Assembly (NCBI GenBank): GCA_965645245.1
Contig: OZ287084.1
Location: 496,001 to 560,000 of the forward strand
From: Massalongia carnosa
Taxonomy: Eukaryota
Reading direction: 5' to 3'
DNA length: 64,000 nucleotides
Part shown: positions 25,134 to 38,026 of the stretch, one piece after another
How positions within the stretch are numbered: the first letter of the stretch is position 1
Layout: each line of letters begins with the position of its first letter
The notes under the pieces: generated by a model
What the model saw: only the letters and a program-made list of their open reading frames with translations
Told to the model about the DNA's origin: nothing
Database searches by the model: none
Program-made: the position numbers and the translations under genes

Positions 25134-25538
25134 TAGGTTGCGCCACTCCTATATTCTTGGCAATCGGCAGTTACCGCAATGACTGTGGCAGTTTCCTCAT
25201 TCCCGTTTGAAAGTAGAGTACAGGGTACAGTGTACAGCGTACAGCGTACTTTAATGTACCTTTAAGTCGCTCTCCGTACCATGTATGCGCAAACCCAAAG
25301 TCTCTTCCACACCCGTTATTAAAATGATTAGCCACATATCAGAATTTCCGATCTGTACGATGTAATTCACTATCCTTGAGCAAACCCATATCTTTCCTCA
25401 GACTACTAACGCCAACGTAAAATTGTGTCAAACCGGAGCCTGGTCCTTTCCGCGGATGGAGCCCGATACGTCGGCTCAGGCACTACGTCAGGTAGGTACA
25501 ACGACCTTCTGACGTGGTGCGTGCAGTCTCGTATCGTC

Positions 25539-28500
25539 ATGGCTTCTTCCGCCGAAAAAGTCACTGTGACATCTGCCGATGAGCCAGAAATTATAAACCA
25601 CGCCAAACGCGCGGATACAACATTCACTACAAGATCAGATTCGCTCCAATCGCTGCCATCGCCGCGGCTCCTTCAACGAGCCTCAACAATCCCCTTGTTG
25701 TCATCGGCATCCTCAACTACCACTTCTCCCAAGCCTTCCCGGGAAGCATCGCCAGTCCGCCCACTATTGAGGTCAGGTAGTGCTGCCGTATCGAGGGGTG
25801 CAAGATCCCGCAAGAACAGTCAAGAATTAAGCCCGAACCGTGCCCTAGGGTCGAACATACCTGCCGTTCCCTCTGCTGCTGCAATACAACGAGCTTTTTC
25901 AGCCGTTGGCGTACCGCAGTTGCAGTCATCTGCTGGCTCGGACTTCTCATTTGAGGCGACAAGATCCCAAAAACCCAGCAAGGCATTTGGTAGCGGAAAC
26001 AATCCACCCGGATTGAATCTACAGCGTACCAAATCTCCTCCACCATCGACACTCTCTAATAAAGCTTCAATCCATTCGCCCCGAAAATTTGATCAAACCT
26101 CTTTAACACCTAGCATCATTCTCGAACGCTCATCCCCCATCTCGGGGCCGATTTTAGGGATAGATGAGGCAGAAAAGGGGAATTTGGTCGCGTCAGGCAT
26201 GCGTACACCTGCGAGAGGGAGCAGTGTCAGTGGACCTACGCTGGAGACAGTACAGGAAAGCAGCGTTCCGGCGACCCCGGCAATTGGCATAACAAAGCCC
26301 CAGCATGGCTCGAAAGCAAGGTCGGATGATCGACAAGGAAGTATCGCCGAAAATTCCAGAGAAGAGGATTTATCCAAGGCAACAAAGACAATGCCGGAGA
26401 GTAGCAGCGATAGCGGGGGAAATAAAAGCACGGAGGCTACGAAAGAGACCAAGCATGCGCGCAAACCGGACTCAGTCGGCAATTACGCAAGACCTCAAAT
26501 AATGCACCCAAAGAAGTCGTTCACCCAGCTGCATCTTCCAAAAAGCAAAACCGCTGCGGAAGGTTCAATCAAGAACATGACGGTGGAGACCGAGACGGTC
26601 AGTACAATTCCTCAGGTAGCTCTTGGCGGTGGGGCCGGCGAACGGACAGTTCCGGGGCGGACAGAGGTTGGGGGGAGTCTTCGTCTCAAGCCGAGCAATG
26701 AGACAATCAGGCCGAGGAAGGATAAGAAGAAAGTGGTGCGGAAAGCACCGTCCCTTAATTCTGGCACTGGTGGGTCATTATCTAAACGTCTTCATCATCA
26801 TCACATTTATTCAAGAGCTCCATCCCCTGAACCCACTGTTTCATTATCTACTTTTCTTCCTGATTTTGCGCTTGCGCATGCACCCGTCCATGATCACTTT
26901 CCAACCAGTTTGCAGTCCAGTAATCTCAGGCACACGCATGTGCAAGGCACAGGTTTGGACTTCAACCTACAACACGCAAATTCCTCGTTTAAACCTTCAA
27001 GTGCACTACTAACAAATTTTCGAGGCCGCACAGCGTCTTCTAAGGCAGATATCTTTGAAGCAAAGGTTGCAAGTGCTGTTGATGAAGTCAATTCCTCGGA
27101 TTCAGAAGAAACTTTCGTTTACGAATCGAATCCTCCAGAGCCACTCTCTGCCCGTCCCCACCGCTTCCATTCCCGAACCCCGAGCGCAACTTCGATGGTG
27201 AGTCAGGCGGATCAATACGGCGGCAAAGGCAGACAAGATGGACATCATAGCATTGCTGGGAAGAAGAGCATGAAGTTTGCTAACAACTCCTACCACACCA
27301 CCGCGTACCCTGGCGATGCAAACGATGGAACAATAAGAGGGCCAGGTCAAACCGGGAGACCGTCTGGAGGTAACACATCACACCATCATCATATAGGACG
27401 TTATGGGCGTGGTGGACATACTTCCCTCTTTGACACCGAGTCCCCGTTCCCAAACGCTGCTCGGCCTTTACGCACAGCAACAAACAATGTGGCTCGGCTG
27501 TCTTCTCGACCTTCGAGTCCGCGAAGCTCACACGTTGCAAGAGTCTCGGGCAATCTGAGGAAGCCAAATGAGCCTATGCTGTATGACCTCGAGGGCGAAG
27601 GTGCTGATGACGAGCGTACCCCTTTAGTTGGATCTGTCCGATCAGGGAGAAACCGCTACAGTCGACGGCCAGTCCCGGGTGCAATTCGAAATGGCTATGC
27701 TTCAGAAGAAAAAAGGCCGCCTCTTTGCCGGCGGCTGACTGCCGCTGCCTCATTTGGCACCCTCTTGGCATTGCTAGTTGTTGCCATTGTGATCATTCTC
27801 CTCATGTGCTCTAAGTCGTTATACGACGTACACGTGAAAGATATCCGAAATGTCCTTGCCTCTGAACAAGAACTGATGCTTGATATCAATGTTCATGCCG
27901 TCAACCCCAACATTATTGCGGTTCAGGTTAGTGACTTAGACGTTAATATCTTCGCGAAGAGTAAGCATGTTGGAACGAATGCTCTATGGAGAAGCGACCA
28001 AAGTCATCACAACGCCAACCTAGAAGTAAAATCAACTCGTTCTCGAGAAGCTAGCCTGGATCGTACACATCACCACCAACTAACATCTTCAACCCGTTAC
28101 CATCTACAGGAGGGCATTGACGAAGGGACCGATCCCATCGACGATCCAGAGACAGACTCCCAAACCATGCTTCTGGGTCGGATATTTGAGTTCGATTCGC
28201 CGCTCATCTTCGAACCATCGCCCATCAGGCACTATTCGTTATCATCCATTGGTGAATTACGGTTAGCTAAACCCGGCAACAGGACAGAAGACGGCGGCAC
28301 CGAGCGGTGGGAAAAGGTTATACAGCACGATTTTGAGTTGATCGTCCGTGGCGTTCTCAGATACTCATTGCCTTTATCCTCGAAAACTCGGTCGGCATCT
28401 ATTGCCGGCAGCATTCTCGTTCACCCCGGAGGCGGAGAAGAGAGAATGGATTCCATGCGGGCTTTAGAGTTTCGCCGTCCTCCTTTTTCCGTGAACAAGG

Positions 28501-28556
28501 ATGTGTTGCAGACACCTCATAAACATGTCCCAAACCGAATCCATTTTGTCACTTGA
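25539..28556 (+). CDS. VAC7: Vacuolar segregation protein 7 (Fab1 regulator)
   Basis: MTVETETVSTIPQ, SSKADIFEAKVASAVDEVNSSDSEETFVYESNP, a single transmembrane segment, NVLASEQELMLD and QTMLLGRIFEFDSPL. Confidence 0.9.
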   Translation: MASSAEKVTVTSADEPEIINHAKRADTTFTTRSDSLQSLPSPRLLQRASTIPLLSSASSTTTSPKPSREASPVRPLLRSGSAAVSRGARSRKNSQELSPNRALGSNIPAVPSAAAIQRAFSAVGVPQLQSSAGSDFSFEATRSQKPSKAFGSGNNPPGLNLQRTKSPPPSTLSNKASIHSPRKFDQTSLTPSIILERSSPISGPILGIDEAEKGNLVASGMRTPARGSSVSGPTLETVQESSVPATPAIGITKPQHGSKARSDDRQGSIAENSREEDLSKATKTMPESSSDSGGNKSTEATKETKHARKPDSVGNYARPQIMHPKKSFTQLHLPKSKTAAEGSIKNMTVETETVSTIPQVALGGGAGERTVPGRTEVGGSLRLKPSNETIRPRKDKKKVVRKAPSLNSGTGGSLSKRLHHHHIYSRAPSPEPTVSLSTFLPDFALAHAPVHDHFPTSLQSSNLRHTHVQGTGLDFNLQHANSSFKPSSALLTNFRGRTASSKADIFEAKVASAVDEVNSSDSEETFVYESNPPEPLSARPHRFHSRTPSATSMVSQADQYGGKGRQDGHHSIAGKKSMKFANNSYHTTAYPGDANDGTIRGPGQTGRPSGGNTSHHHHIGRYGRGGHTSLFDTESPFPNAARPLRTATNNVARLSSRPSSPRSSHVARVSGNLRKPNEPMLYDLEGEGADDERTPLVGSVRSGRNRYSRRPVPGAIRNGYASEEKRPPLCRRLTAAASFGTLLALLVVAIVIILLMCSKSLYDVHVKDIRNVLASEQELMLDINVHAVNPNIIAVQVSDLDVNIFAKSKHVGTNALWRSDQSHHNANLEVKSTRSREASLDRTHHHQLTSSTRYHLQEGIDEGTDPIDDPETDSQTMLLGRIFEFDSPLIFEPSPIRHYSLSSIGELRLAKPGNRTEDGGTERWEKVIQHDFELIVRGVLRYSLPLSSKTRSASIAGSILVHPGGGEERMDSMRALEFRRPPFSVNKDVLQTPHKHVPNRIHFVT

Positions 28557-29616
28557 GGTTTCCCAACACTCTTTTCATTCCTTTCTTTTGTTGTTATTGT
28601 TGTCTACGAGGCACGAATCTTCTTTACATAGTAAGGCGTGCGTGCGTTTCAGCGGCGGCATACGTGCCTGTTGGTTGTATTGGTATACCAGGTCAAAACG
28701 GCAAGGGTCTTGGGAATCGGCGCAGGACGTTAGTGAGCGTTCATACATCTTTGTATACCCTGTACTCCTTCCCGCCATCGGCTCATCGACGCGGCTTCTC
28801 TGTGCTTGCCACGAAAACATCGCACCAGGAGCAAGACCACCTCGACTCTTTCCATTTTTTCTGTCTCTATGTAAATAAACCACCTTTGGGCAGCTTGGTG
28901 CGGCGGGGGCCTTAGCGAACCAGGTCATTGATGGCACAAATTGCCATGAAATTATTGATTAGCTTGGCCTGATTATCCGCTACATGCAACGTTTCTTGTG
29001 CGTTTCCGCCTTATACGCTGGTTGTTTTGTGCGTTGGCTTCCACTACTAGACGCTATGTAACAGTTGCCGCTTGGGTGAAGATGGAGCAGGAAAGCGATT
29101 GATAGGTAAGATGCCAGATGACAGAATATTTCTACGTAGTGAAGCGCGCTCAAAGCCTGTACCCTTATAACTAGCGGTATCGAACAATCCTTCTCTTTTC
29201 GTTATCAATACGGTGGGTTTCAATGATCTTACCCTATATTACCTTGTGCTTACGTTAGTTATGGTGAACTACTTCGTAGTCAAAACAACAACTTCACTCA
29301 AGGTATCATCAATTCTTCATCAGTGTCTTGACTCGAGTTTTTTGCAGTCTACTTGTTGACCATATCCAGAACGCCAATAAATAATTACCACCATCTGCAA
29401 CCACTTTCTTGATCTTGTCACCTTCCCTCTCCGTCTGGTGTCAACGTCAGCTGAGGGGTTAAGCTTTGAGCCCACCACTCAAGCGCTAGCGGTAACTAAG
29501 GCTATCGCTAGCTCAGGCTACAGCCTCGTTTGCTGTCGTTTGACTCATCTTCTCGGATTTCCATTTTCCACCCGGTTATTGAGATCGAACCTACCGAGAA
29601 GGCGCCTGTTAGCAGC

Positions 29617-32600
29617 ATGTCTGTCATTATTCGAGAGCGCGAGCGAGAGAGAGACAGAGATCGTGATCGAGACTGGGATGATAGATCTTCGACTCATCGC
29701 GATTCCGCCCGCGGTTCATACACAACCATCAAGCGGTATCGCATCCCAAATCTAGATGACGAGCCAAAGATAGAAAAACTCTCGGTGTATGAACGAGAAC
29801 GTGACCGTCGTTCCGACTCTGGCCGTGACGTACGCGCCGTCGAAGAAACTCGCATCATCCGAAGGGAACAATCACCCGAGCCTGAACCGGAGCGTAGGGT
29901 GGAAAGAGATATTAGAATCGCTCGTATCGAACGTGGAAGGGAGCCAGAGCCAGAGCCAGAGCGCAGGATCGAGAGAGATATTCGTATCGAACGAGTTGAG
30001 AGGGAGCCTGAGCCTCGCCGGTTTGAGCGGGAATATCGTTATGAACGAGACGTTGACACATTACCGTCTCGTCGGGATCCGTATGAGCTGGAAAGATATT
30101 CAAGATCAACCGAATATTTCCGTACCCCCGAACCTCCGCAACCCATTATAATTCGCCAGGCACCTCAACAGATCATCATTCAAGAAGCACCTCGTGCGCC
30201 TATTGTGATCCCCGCCCCACCAAAGGAGGAATCAGATTACCAACTTATTCAACGCTCGGAGGTCTTGGAAGATCGTCAAGTTGCACGCAAAGAGCCACAA
30301 CGAGAGGAGGACTACTATTACGAACGGAGGACTCGCGAGGTCTCGGGTGGAGATCATGATGATGTTTATGAAGAACGGTACAATCGTCGCCGAGACGTTA
30401 GTCCTGGTGATTCTATTTCTCAACACGGGCGTGAGAAAGATTACAGCAGCGATGACAGCATGGTGTATATAAGAAAGGAAACCCGCGAATCATATGGAAG
30501 AGATGAAAGCCCACATCATCGGCGACATCTGGCCGAGGGCGCCATCGCTGGCCTCGGAGCGGCGGAGTTGCTTCGCCATCATCGTAAGGAGAGCAAGAAT
30601 GGTAAGGATTCAAGTCGGGGTAGCCGTGTTGGCAAAGATCTTGGGGCCGCTGCACTGGGAGCGGTTGCCGCACAAGGCATTTCGCGTGCGAGGAGTCACC
30701 ATCGAGAGAAGAGCCGCTATGATTCCCAATCGCGGTCACGATCTCGGAACCGTGAAGGGCGGCGCAAACATCGTCGAGATAGGTCACGAAGCCGATCAAA
30801 ATCTCGCGTGAGACAGCTCGCAGGCTTAGGATTAGGAGCGGCAGCAATAGCAGCCGCTGTGGGCTACGCCAGCAGGAATAAGAATAACAACTCCAAAGAC
30901 GATAGACGCAGTCGATCCAGAACTCGCCGACACTCGGTCTCTGCGATACCCGAAGACGACGCCCATAATCCGGACCATAGGAACAAGAAAATTGCGCAAG
31001 CCGGGCTAGCGGGTGCTGCCGTTGCAGGGCTTGTGGAGCGAGTACGCAGCAAGTCGCGCAGTCGACATGGCAAGTCTCGGTCTAAGAGCAGAATTCGCAC
31101 AGGTCTTCCTATTGCTGCTGCAGGACTCGGAAGTGCAGCTATTGCCGGCCTATACGAAAGGAATCAAGCAAGCAAGGCCGAAAAGGCGGACAAACGTGAA
31201 GATCGTACAAGGCGCCGGGGGTCAAGATCCAGGTCAAGGTCTGCACCTTATGACGGTGCTCGCGACGCTTCAGCAAGCAACCGTGGGCTCATAGAATACG
31301 GCGATCAACCCGTATACAGCAACGGCGGCGTACCAGGTTATAACTACCGTCCTGCAAGTCAAACTGGATTTTATGGTGCTCCTAATGACGCTGTGGTGCC
31401 TGCTGTTGCTGCTGGCGCAGCTTATGGCGCGTCGAAGAATGAAAGTCGAAGCCGGGAACGCAGACGAGGCAGTAGTTCGTCTGGATCCGAGAGCGGGCGC
31501 CGGAGGAGGCACCGTCGCAACAAGAGTGAAAGCCGCAGCAGAAGCCGCACCCGAGATCTGGCGACCGCTGGTCTTGCAGCTGGAGCGGCCGGTTTGGCTG
31601 CATCTCAACATGAAAAGAGAAAACAACGTAGGAAGGAAGAGAAGAGAGAGCGAAGGCGTACGCTGCAAAAGGGTCCACTTTAGAATATTTAGATAGGCTA
31701 ACCATGCGTTAGGGCGAGAGGCTGAGCAAGAGCGTGCCTATGATGATTATCCACCTCAGCAGCCATATGCTCCTCTGAGTCCGCCTCCAGCAGGTGCCCC
31801 CCCGGCTGTGTATCCACAACCACAGGAAGGTTATTACCCCTCCACCAATAGCTTTCCTCCTCCACCCAATGCAGGCTACGCGCCAGGTGCAAATTACAAC
31901 CCTGCGGAATACCCTCCTCAACCCGGCCAGCAGCCAGGTGCCCAGATCCACCCCGAATATGGCTACCCGCCGCAAGCCGGCTACACGGGTCAGGCCGGGG
32001 GTCCGTACTCTCCGTTGCCCGCTGACCCTTATGCCGCACCTGATGACAGAACCAGAAGAGGAGACGAGAATGTGAGTGCTGAGCCATTTGTAAATAGTAC
32101 TACACCCGGTGTCCCTGTTGTCCCCGAGAAGCACGTTGAGGAGGGTGGGTGATTGCTATTTCGATCTGCAAAACCTGTGCCAAAAGAACAGCCAAACCAC
32201 TAACGCCGTACTTTCCTTTCATCAGGTCTAAACATTCCGTGGATTCCACCCCCACCAATTCCACAGCAACGAGCGTCATCACAGCCTCCGGCAGCCACCA
32301 AATCTGTTCAGTTTGCTCTTAATTCTCCTCCGTCTTCTTCCATACTTTCGCCTGGCTCCACTTCCCCCGACGAGATCAGAAAACGTCGCCATCGATCCAG
32401 TAGCGGTGCCAACCAGCAAGCTTCCAACACCTACAAGCCCAAAAACCCTTCTACTACATCCGCCGGCTCGTCTCGTTCTCATCACCATCATCATCACCGT
32501 CGTGCTTCCCAGAACGACGTTTCTAGGTCTCCTTCGCCAGCCTTTTCCGACGCTACCATTGATCTTCCTGAACGTTTTGATCAGTATGGCAGGCGGAAAC

Positions 32601-32746
32601 CCGAAAGGGGGGAAGATCCGCTAGCGGATAAAATTGAGGATTTGCTCAGCGGGAGGGGGGCTGCAGGGAAGTTTTTGGAAAAGTTGACCGGGGGTTTGGG
32701 GGGTGGTGGGAGCGATGGGGAGGGGGGTAGGAGGAGAAGGAGGTGA
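29617..32746 (+). CDS. Conserved Arg/Ser-rich DUF3824-type protein
   Basis: RS-rich tracts alternate with AAAGLGAAA repeats; HRRHLAEGA and [10 protein letters not shown] motifs; a Pro/Tyr-rich exon; C-terminal [29 protein letters not shown]. Introns at about 31658-31712 and about 32072/32144-32225. Confidence 0.7.
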
Positions 32747-34360
32747 TGGGTTAGACACCTATTGGTACTACGTTGACTGGGACTTGGATTTTATGACGAT
32801 AGTTACGATTATGATGAACTATTTTCCTTTTCAGTCCGGAATTTTCTTAGGTGCTTCATAGGTGCATATTCTTTTGTGTTTCGGTATATTCGGACAATAT
32901 AATAGAAATTATGAAGTCAACGATATATCTATTCTCTCACCTTTCCCTTGTAGACTTCTTCCACGGTTGTATCTAGCAATGGATCTTATCGAAATAAGCT
33001 ACGTATAAAAAACCGAGTGGGTTGAATGAAAACCTTTGAAGATATTTATAAATCAAAGCATTCAGACTTTGTTATCACCATCAATAATGCAGCGACGATG
33101 CTGCAGACGCAGAAGTTCCATCCCGAATTTCGGTTATGATGTTCCTTGCAGTTAGCGAAGAGGTCTCGGGCAAACAATTCGTGAATATCGTCACACTTTT
33201 CTTTCAACTAGCTCAAGCATTGATCTTGGATCACGAACCCAAAGACGCTGTTCAACGCATGCGCGATTCTTATAGAATAGTATTTTCCTTGTCAAGCTTG
33301 GTTCTGACGGTCGGACTACGAAAGAGGTCGAGACATGGTTTGAACAACTCACGCACAACGCTGTGTCGATTGTCAAACATGATTGTCAAACATGTCAAGG
33401 ACCTACAGACGCGGCGGTTACGGAAGGTTCTACCCATTTTCAAAGTGGTCATGAGAACTCGACCTCAATCAGCGGTAGGGCAGTCTTCAGCCGATATGGT
33501 GCACGGCCGAGATTCTCGGAGTACATAGCATGGCTTTCGATTTTAGAAGTATTGACGAACTGATGAAGTACATTGAAGGGGCTGGGGAAATGTCGAAGAA
33601 ACCTGTGTCCAAGAAGCGTATCGCGCCGAGGTGTCGTGCTTGGAAAAAAAAAGGGCAGGTATTAAATCTCCAACTCTATCCTATATTGCCAGGCCATACA
33701 GCTGTGTGTGCGTTCCCCTCCCCAAAGCTCTCGAACCTCATACTCATAAATATGTCGAGTTTGTCTTGATACCATGTATCGTACATACCCGGTTTAAAAG
33801 CCCTCTCCATTTCAGCATGGGTGGAGTCGGTTTGGCTTTTTATCTGTAATATCGCCTTTGGCCGCTCAGGCCAGAAAAAACTTGTACATTATGTAGGTAG
33901 CTAGGGATAGACAGATTCAACAACTAATGTACCTAGTAAAACAGCCTTTGTGGAAAAAACAATGCGATTTTGATTAATGAAGCGGAATGTTTACGGAGTA
34001 TTTATGAAATGTCCTGCAAAGAAAGGGGGTAGGTACTTACGGTAAGGTTGGCTTCTTCCGAGGAACTGTGAAAATCATCTAACCGTAAACCCTTAAAGCC
34101 AGCAATAGCTCGGTTCAGTTCAGCTCAGCTCAGAAATAGAAGCTGAGCGTCATGAGCGGGTTGATTGATCGATCGACTGCATCTTAATCTAGCTGTTTCA
34201 TTCAGTTGCCTGATAGTTATGACCATCATCCTTCTAGACTAGATCCACCGAGCTTTTTATCATACATACTGCACAAGATGTAACATCACCTAAAACCATG
34301 TCACGATATCCTGCTCTTCCGAAGATTGGAGATAGATTAGATCTCAGAAAGGCAGGAACA

Positions 34361-36599
34361 TTAAATGATTGTAAGAACCTCTCTTCTCGCGTCTCTAAAC
34401 CAATCCTTAGCTAGAGCCAAAGAGCAGGTTGGTTCGGTCTCGTCGCTGTAGTTTACTTCGTGTTGAATAGGTGCTTCGAAAGGATCATTGAACGACCAAT
34501 TCAGCCACCCCATACCGATGCGCTCATAAAGGCTGGGAAATTTTATGGACTGCGATAGTACCATTATATATGTTGCCAGGGCCATTTGATCCACCTCTTC
34601 AAAAGGTTGTTCGCTTCGAGATCGATCTGGATACACACTCCATAAAACACAAATTACGCTAGAGGTTTGGCTTAATGTATCCATGTCACTTTCGACATCA
34701 GGGCGAAAATTGCAATTGGATCTGTGTTTATCATTCTTTAAGATATACGGGTAGTATGATTTACCTGATGAATGGGCATCCACAAGGCTTGTATCGACGG
34801 ATAGTGTAGCCTCTATCACTTGTCCGTATACCGTCACATGACCCCCTGTACCTGCACCTAAGGGGGCCTGATGCGAAGTTATCCATCTTGCATCTATAAC
34901 TCGCGGCATCGTTCTTCTTTTATTTGAAATGTTTGGTATGAACCATATTTCGCCAATGATAGAAGCCCAAGACCATGATGGTGCAAGATAAGTACTTGGC
35001 CTCCTAGGCTTATAGGCTCATTGAATCCATGTCATAAGCTGAGGTAGAGCTTTGCGCCATAAGCCCGCAAGATATGTGCCAGCGCCAGCTCGTTGAAATT
35101 GCTCCGCGAGTCCTGAAAGTGCGGTCAGACGGTCTGTGTCGTAGGTTATCTTACGCGAAGCGTATGCCTGAAGTAAGTTTGCCCAAACAGAGAAGATCTC
35201 GTGCTCACCAAGATCCTTGTCCAGACATTGAGAGTAGCGTAATTTCTGGTTTTCCGGATGTTGAAGGGACACTCGTCTGCATTGACAACGAACGACAGTT
35301 CTACACTCCCACACTAGTTCAAAGGCCGTGAAGTGCGCTACGCGCTTCGAAAGCACGCGCTCTTGCAAAACCCAAGCCCGACAGGATAATGGCATTCGAT
35401 GAATTTCTGCGCCATCAGGATCCATTGAGAACTCATTATGAAGTAGTTGTGATCGACAAAACACACCTAATGGATGATCCAGGCCACCTATTCCAGAAAT
35501 CTCATACGACAGGTTTCCAAGCTTTGGTGTCCCAGTAAAGCATCCATGCTCACCATCCGATGCATGACTTGCTGCAATGGTGAGATACGAATTTTGGAAA
35601 GTAGAGCACATTTTCGCAGACTCTGCCACCCAATCGTCGATATCGTCTTGGATAATGCACAATGAGTCTATCCAGAGGTACTCGATCCCTAATCTGCGAG
35701 TGATTGTCACTGCGTCTTGGAAGGTCTTGGAAAGTCTACACCACTGAATTTGATTCTTTCTATTTTTTAAGGTCGACCTTGTCGTTTTAATAGGAGTCTT
35801 TCCACCCCAGCAATGGCTTAAAGCAATATAATTTGCATCTTCTCCTTGCGATTCGTACAAATACATGTGACGCTTCTGCAATTTAGGTTAGTCAAAGCAC
35901 AGTGTTGTGCAAAATATTATAACTTTCTTGTCTAGATTTGTTATCTTTCAAGCCTACACAGATTACTCTTCTTGGGAGAGGAGTTGCTGCAGAGCTGCAG
36001 GTCTTGTGTTTTTCACAATCTTTGATCCAAGTACCGAGGTTTTCAAAAGAGATATTTGATGCAGTATGCTTGGATAACTCATGAACCTCGGAAAATGCCT
36101 GGCACAGCTTGTGGTAGCCTTCTGTGGCTATTAGCATGGTGTCTTCACAACAAAGCAAAGAGTATTTCAGGAAGCTGTGCTCACTCGAACCAGCTTTCGC
36201 ATAAAAGTCAATATAGTCCTTGGGACCGAAGATTCCATCATCCGTGTTGTGATAAGTGACAACAACATGACCTCCTCGATCCTTAACTTGTACTTCCATG
36301 TCCTTAAACTTAGTTTCGAATCCTCCCGCCCAATGTGATGTTTCAAGAATCTTAAGGATTCCGTGAAAAAGAATGCCACATGTTAAGCATTCACTTCTCG
36401 CCGACCTTCGTAGCCCCTCCATCGTTGTAGTCACAGCCCATTCAAGTTCAGGCGATTCAGTCGATGCGGACACCGACGGTCCTGAAAGCCTATCTTTCGA
36501 CTTAGAAGTCGCTTTACATGTATTTGGGTCACAGAGCTGATGGAGGTTGTGACAAATACAAGATTTGTGTATATCTTTGCCGGGATATGGCGCAGACAT
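34361..36599 (-). pseudogene. HET-domain (heterokaryon incompatibility) protein with premature stop and frameshift
   Basis: YIALSHCWG, TFQDAVTITRRLGIEYLWIDSLCIIQDD and PLSCRAWVLQER motifs. An in-frame TGA at 35018-35020 precedes the conserved APSWSWAS, and a frameshift at about 34910 precedes the last ORF. Confidence 0.85.
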
Positions 36600-36889
36600 T
36601 ATGAACTCAAGAGAGTACTATTCTAGCCCTTCCGTTTTAGATTTGACTTGAACTTTGAAGTATTAGCAGAGCTGTCAGAGCTGCCAGAGCAACATAGGGA
36701 AATGGTTGGCTTAAACTTGCTCCAGGGACTCAGGCGCTTTTGACCACTCCAACCTCCCCCCCTAAAAAACGCGGCAACAATCCGTCTGGGACATCTCATG
36801 ATTATAATGAAAACCGCGGACATGGCGTAGGGCTGACACCTCATCGTCTCCACCACATTCCACCACCGTCGATCTTGTTCCTCCCCATA

Positions 36890-38026
36890 ATGGCCTCGAA
36901 ACCCTTCTGCAGTCTATCAAGAAGTCTCGCAGCGTTATCAAAACCCGCCCGACAAAAACCTCAATGCCGGTTCGTCACAACCACTGCCCGCCTGCGAAGT
37001 GACACCCTTCAAGTCGTAAGTTTCTCCCCAATAACGCATCCTGACAACCAAACTGCCCCCCCCCCCCTTTAGATATGCGCTTCCCTCAACGAGAGTATCA
37101 CTTGCTAAGCTACTGCCCTCCTTAAACCGTAGCATCGAGACACGTCCAGCAACAACCCTTCCATCCCCTTCCACTTCAATGCCACGAATCAGAAGCTCAT
37201 CGCTGAGATCCTCAAGCGCTATCCGCCACAGTACAAAAAGGCCGCCGTGATGCCCCTGCTCGATCTCGGGCAGCGCCAGCACGGCTTCACGAGTATCAGC
37301 GTGATGAACGAGGTGGCGCGCCTACTGGAGATGCCGCCCATGCGCGTGTACGAAGTCGCCACCTTTTACACCATGTACAACCGCGATGCGGTCGGGCGGT
37401 TTCACTTGCAAGTGTGCACGACGGTATGGAATCTCCCCCCAAAATCCATAAGCCGTCAAATTCGCAACTCCTTCCACCAATGGCTCATGTGGCTAACCTC
37501 CTCTCGCCGTCGCTTCTTTCCCCCTTCCCAGACCCCCTGTCAACTCGGCGGCTGCGGCTCCGATGTCATCATGGAGGCCATCAGCTCGCACTTGGGAGTG
37601 CAGCCGGGCCAAACGACCGCGGACAGGCTCTTCACCTTCTCGGAAGTGGAGTGCCTAGGCGCCTGCGTGAATGCGCCCATGGTGCAGATCAACGACGACT
37701 ACTACGAAGACCTCACGCCCGAGACCACCGTCGCCTTGCTGAAAGCGCTGCAGGTGTCGGCCGAGCAGACGGGCGCGGCGGGGGGTGCGGCGGGGCTGGG
37801 GAGCGCGAAGGCTGGGAAGGGCGGGGCGCAGAAGGCGGGTGGGGAGGTGGTGAAGGGGCAGGAGGGGGGTGGGGCGGGCGGCTATGCTGCAAGGGGGGGA
37901 GGGGTCAAATTGCCAAGTCCAGGGCCCATGACGGGGAGGAAGTCGTGCGAGAACGCGGCCGGGCTGACGAACCTGACAGGCGAGCCGTGGGGGAACGAGA
38001 CGCTGAGGACGGACGGCGCGTTGTGA
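36890..38026 (+). CDS. nuo-24: NADH:ubiquinone oxidoreductase 24 kDa subunit (NDUFV2)
   Basis: Presequence then [31 protein letters not shown]; 2Fe-2S motifs VCTT|TPCQL and [12 protein letters not shown]; two introns. Confidence 0.95.

Noticed and set aside
33000..33850. Short ORFs between the DUF3824 and HET genes
   Set aside because: No motifs or consistent exon structure.
37755..37905. Gly/Ala-rich insertion in NUO24
   Set aside because: Variable low-complexity loop in an otherwise ordinary subunit; no evidence of novelty.
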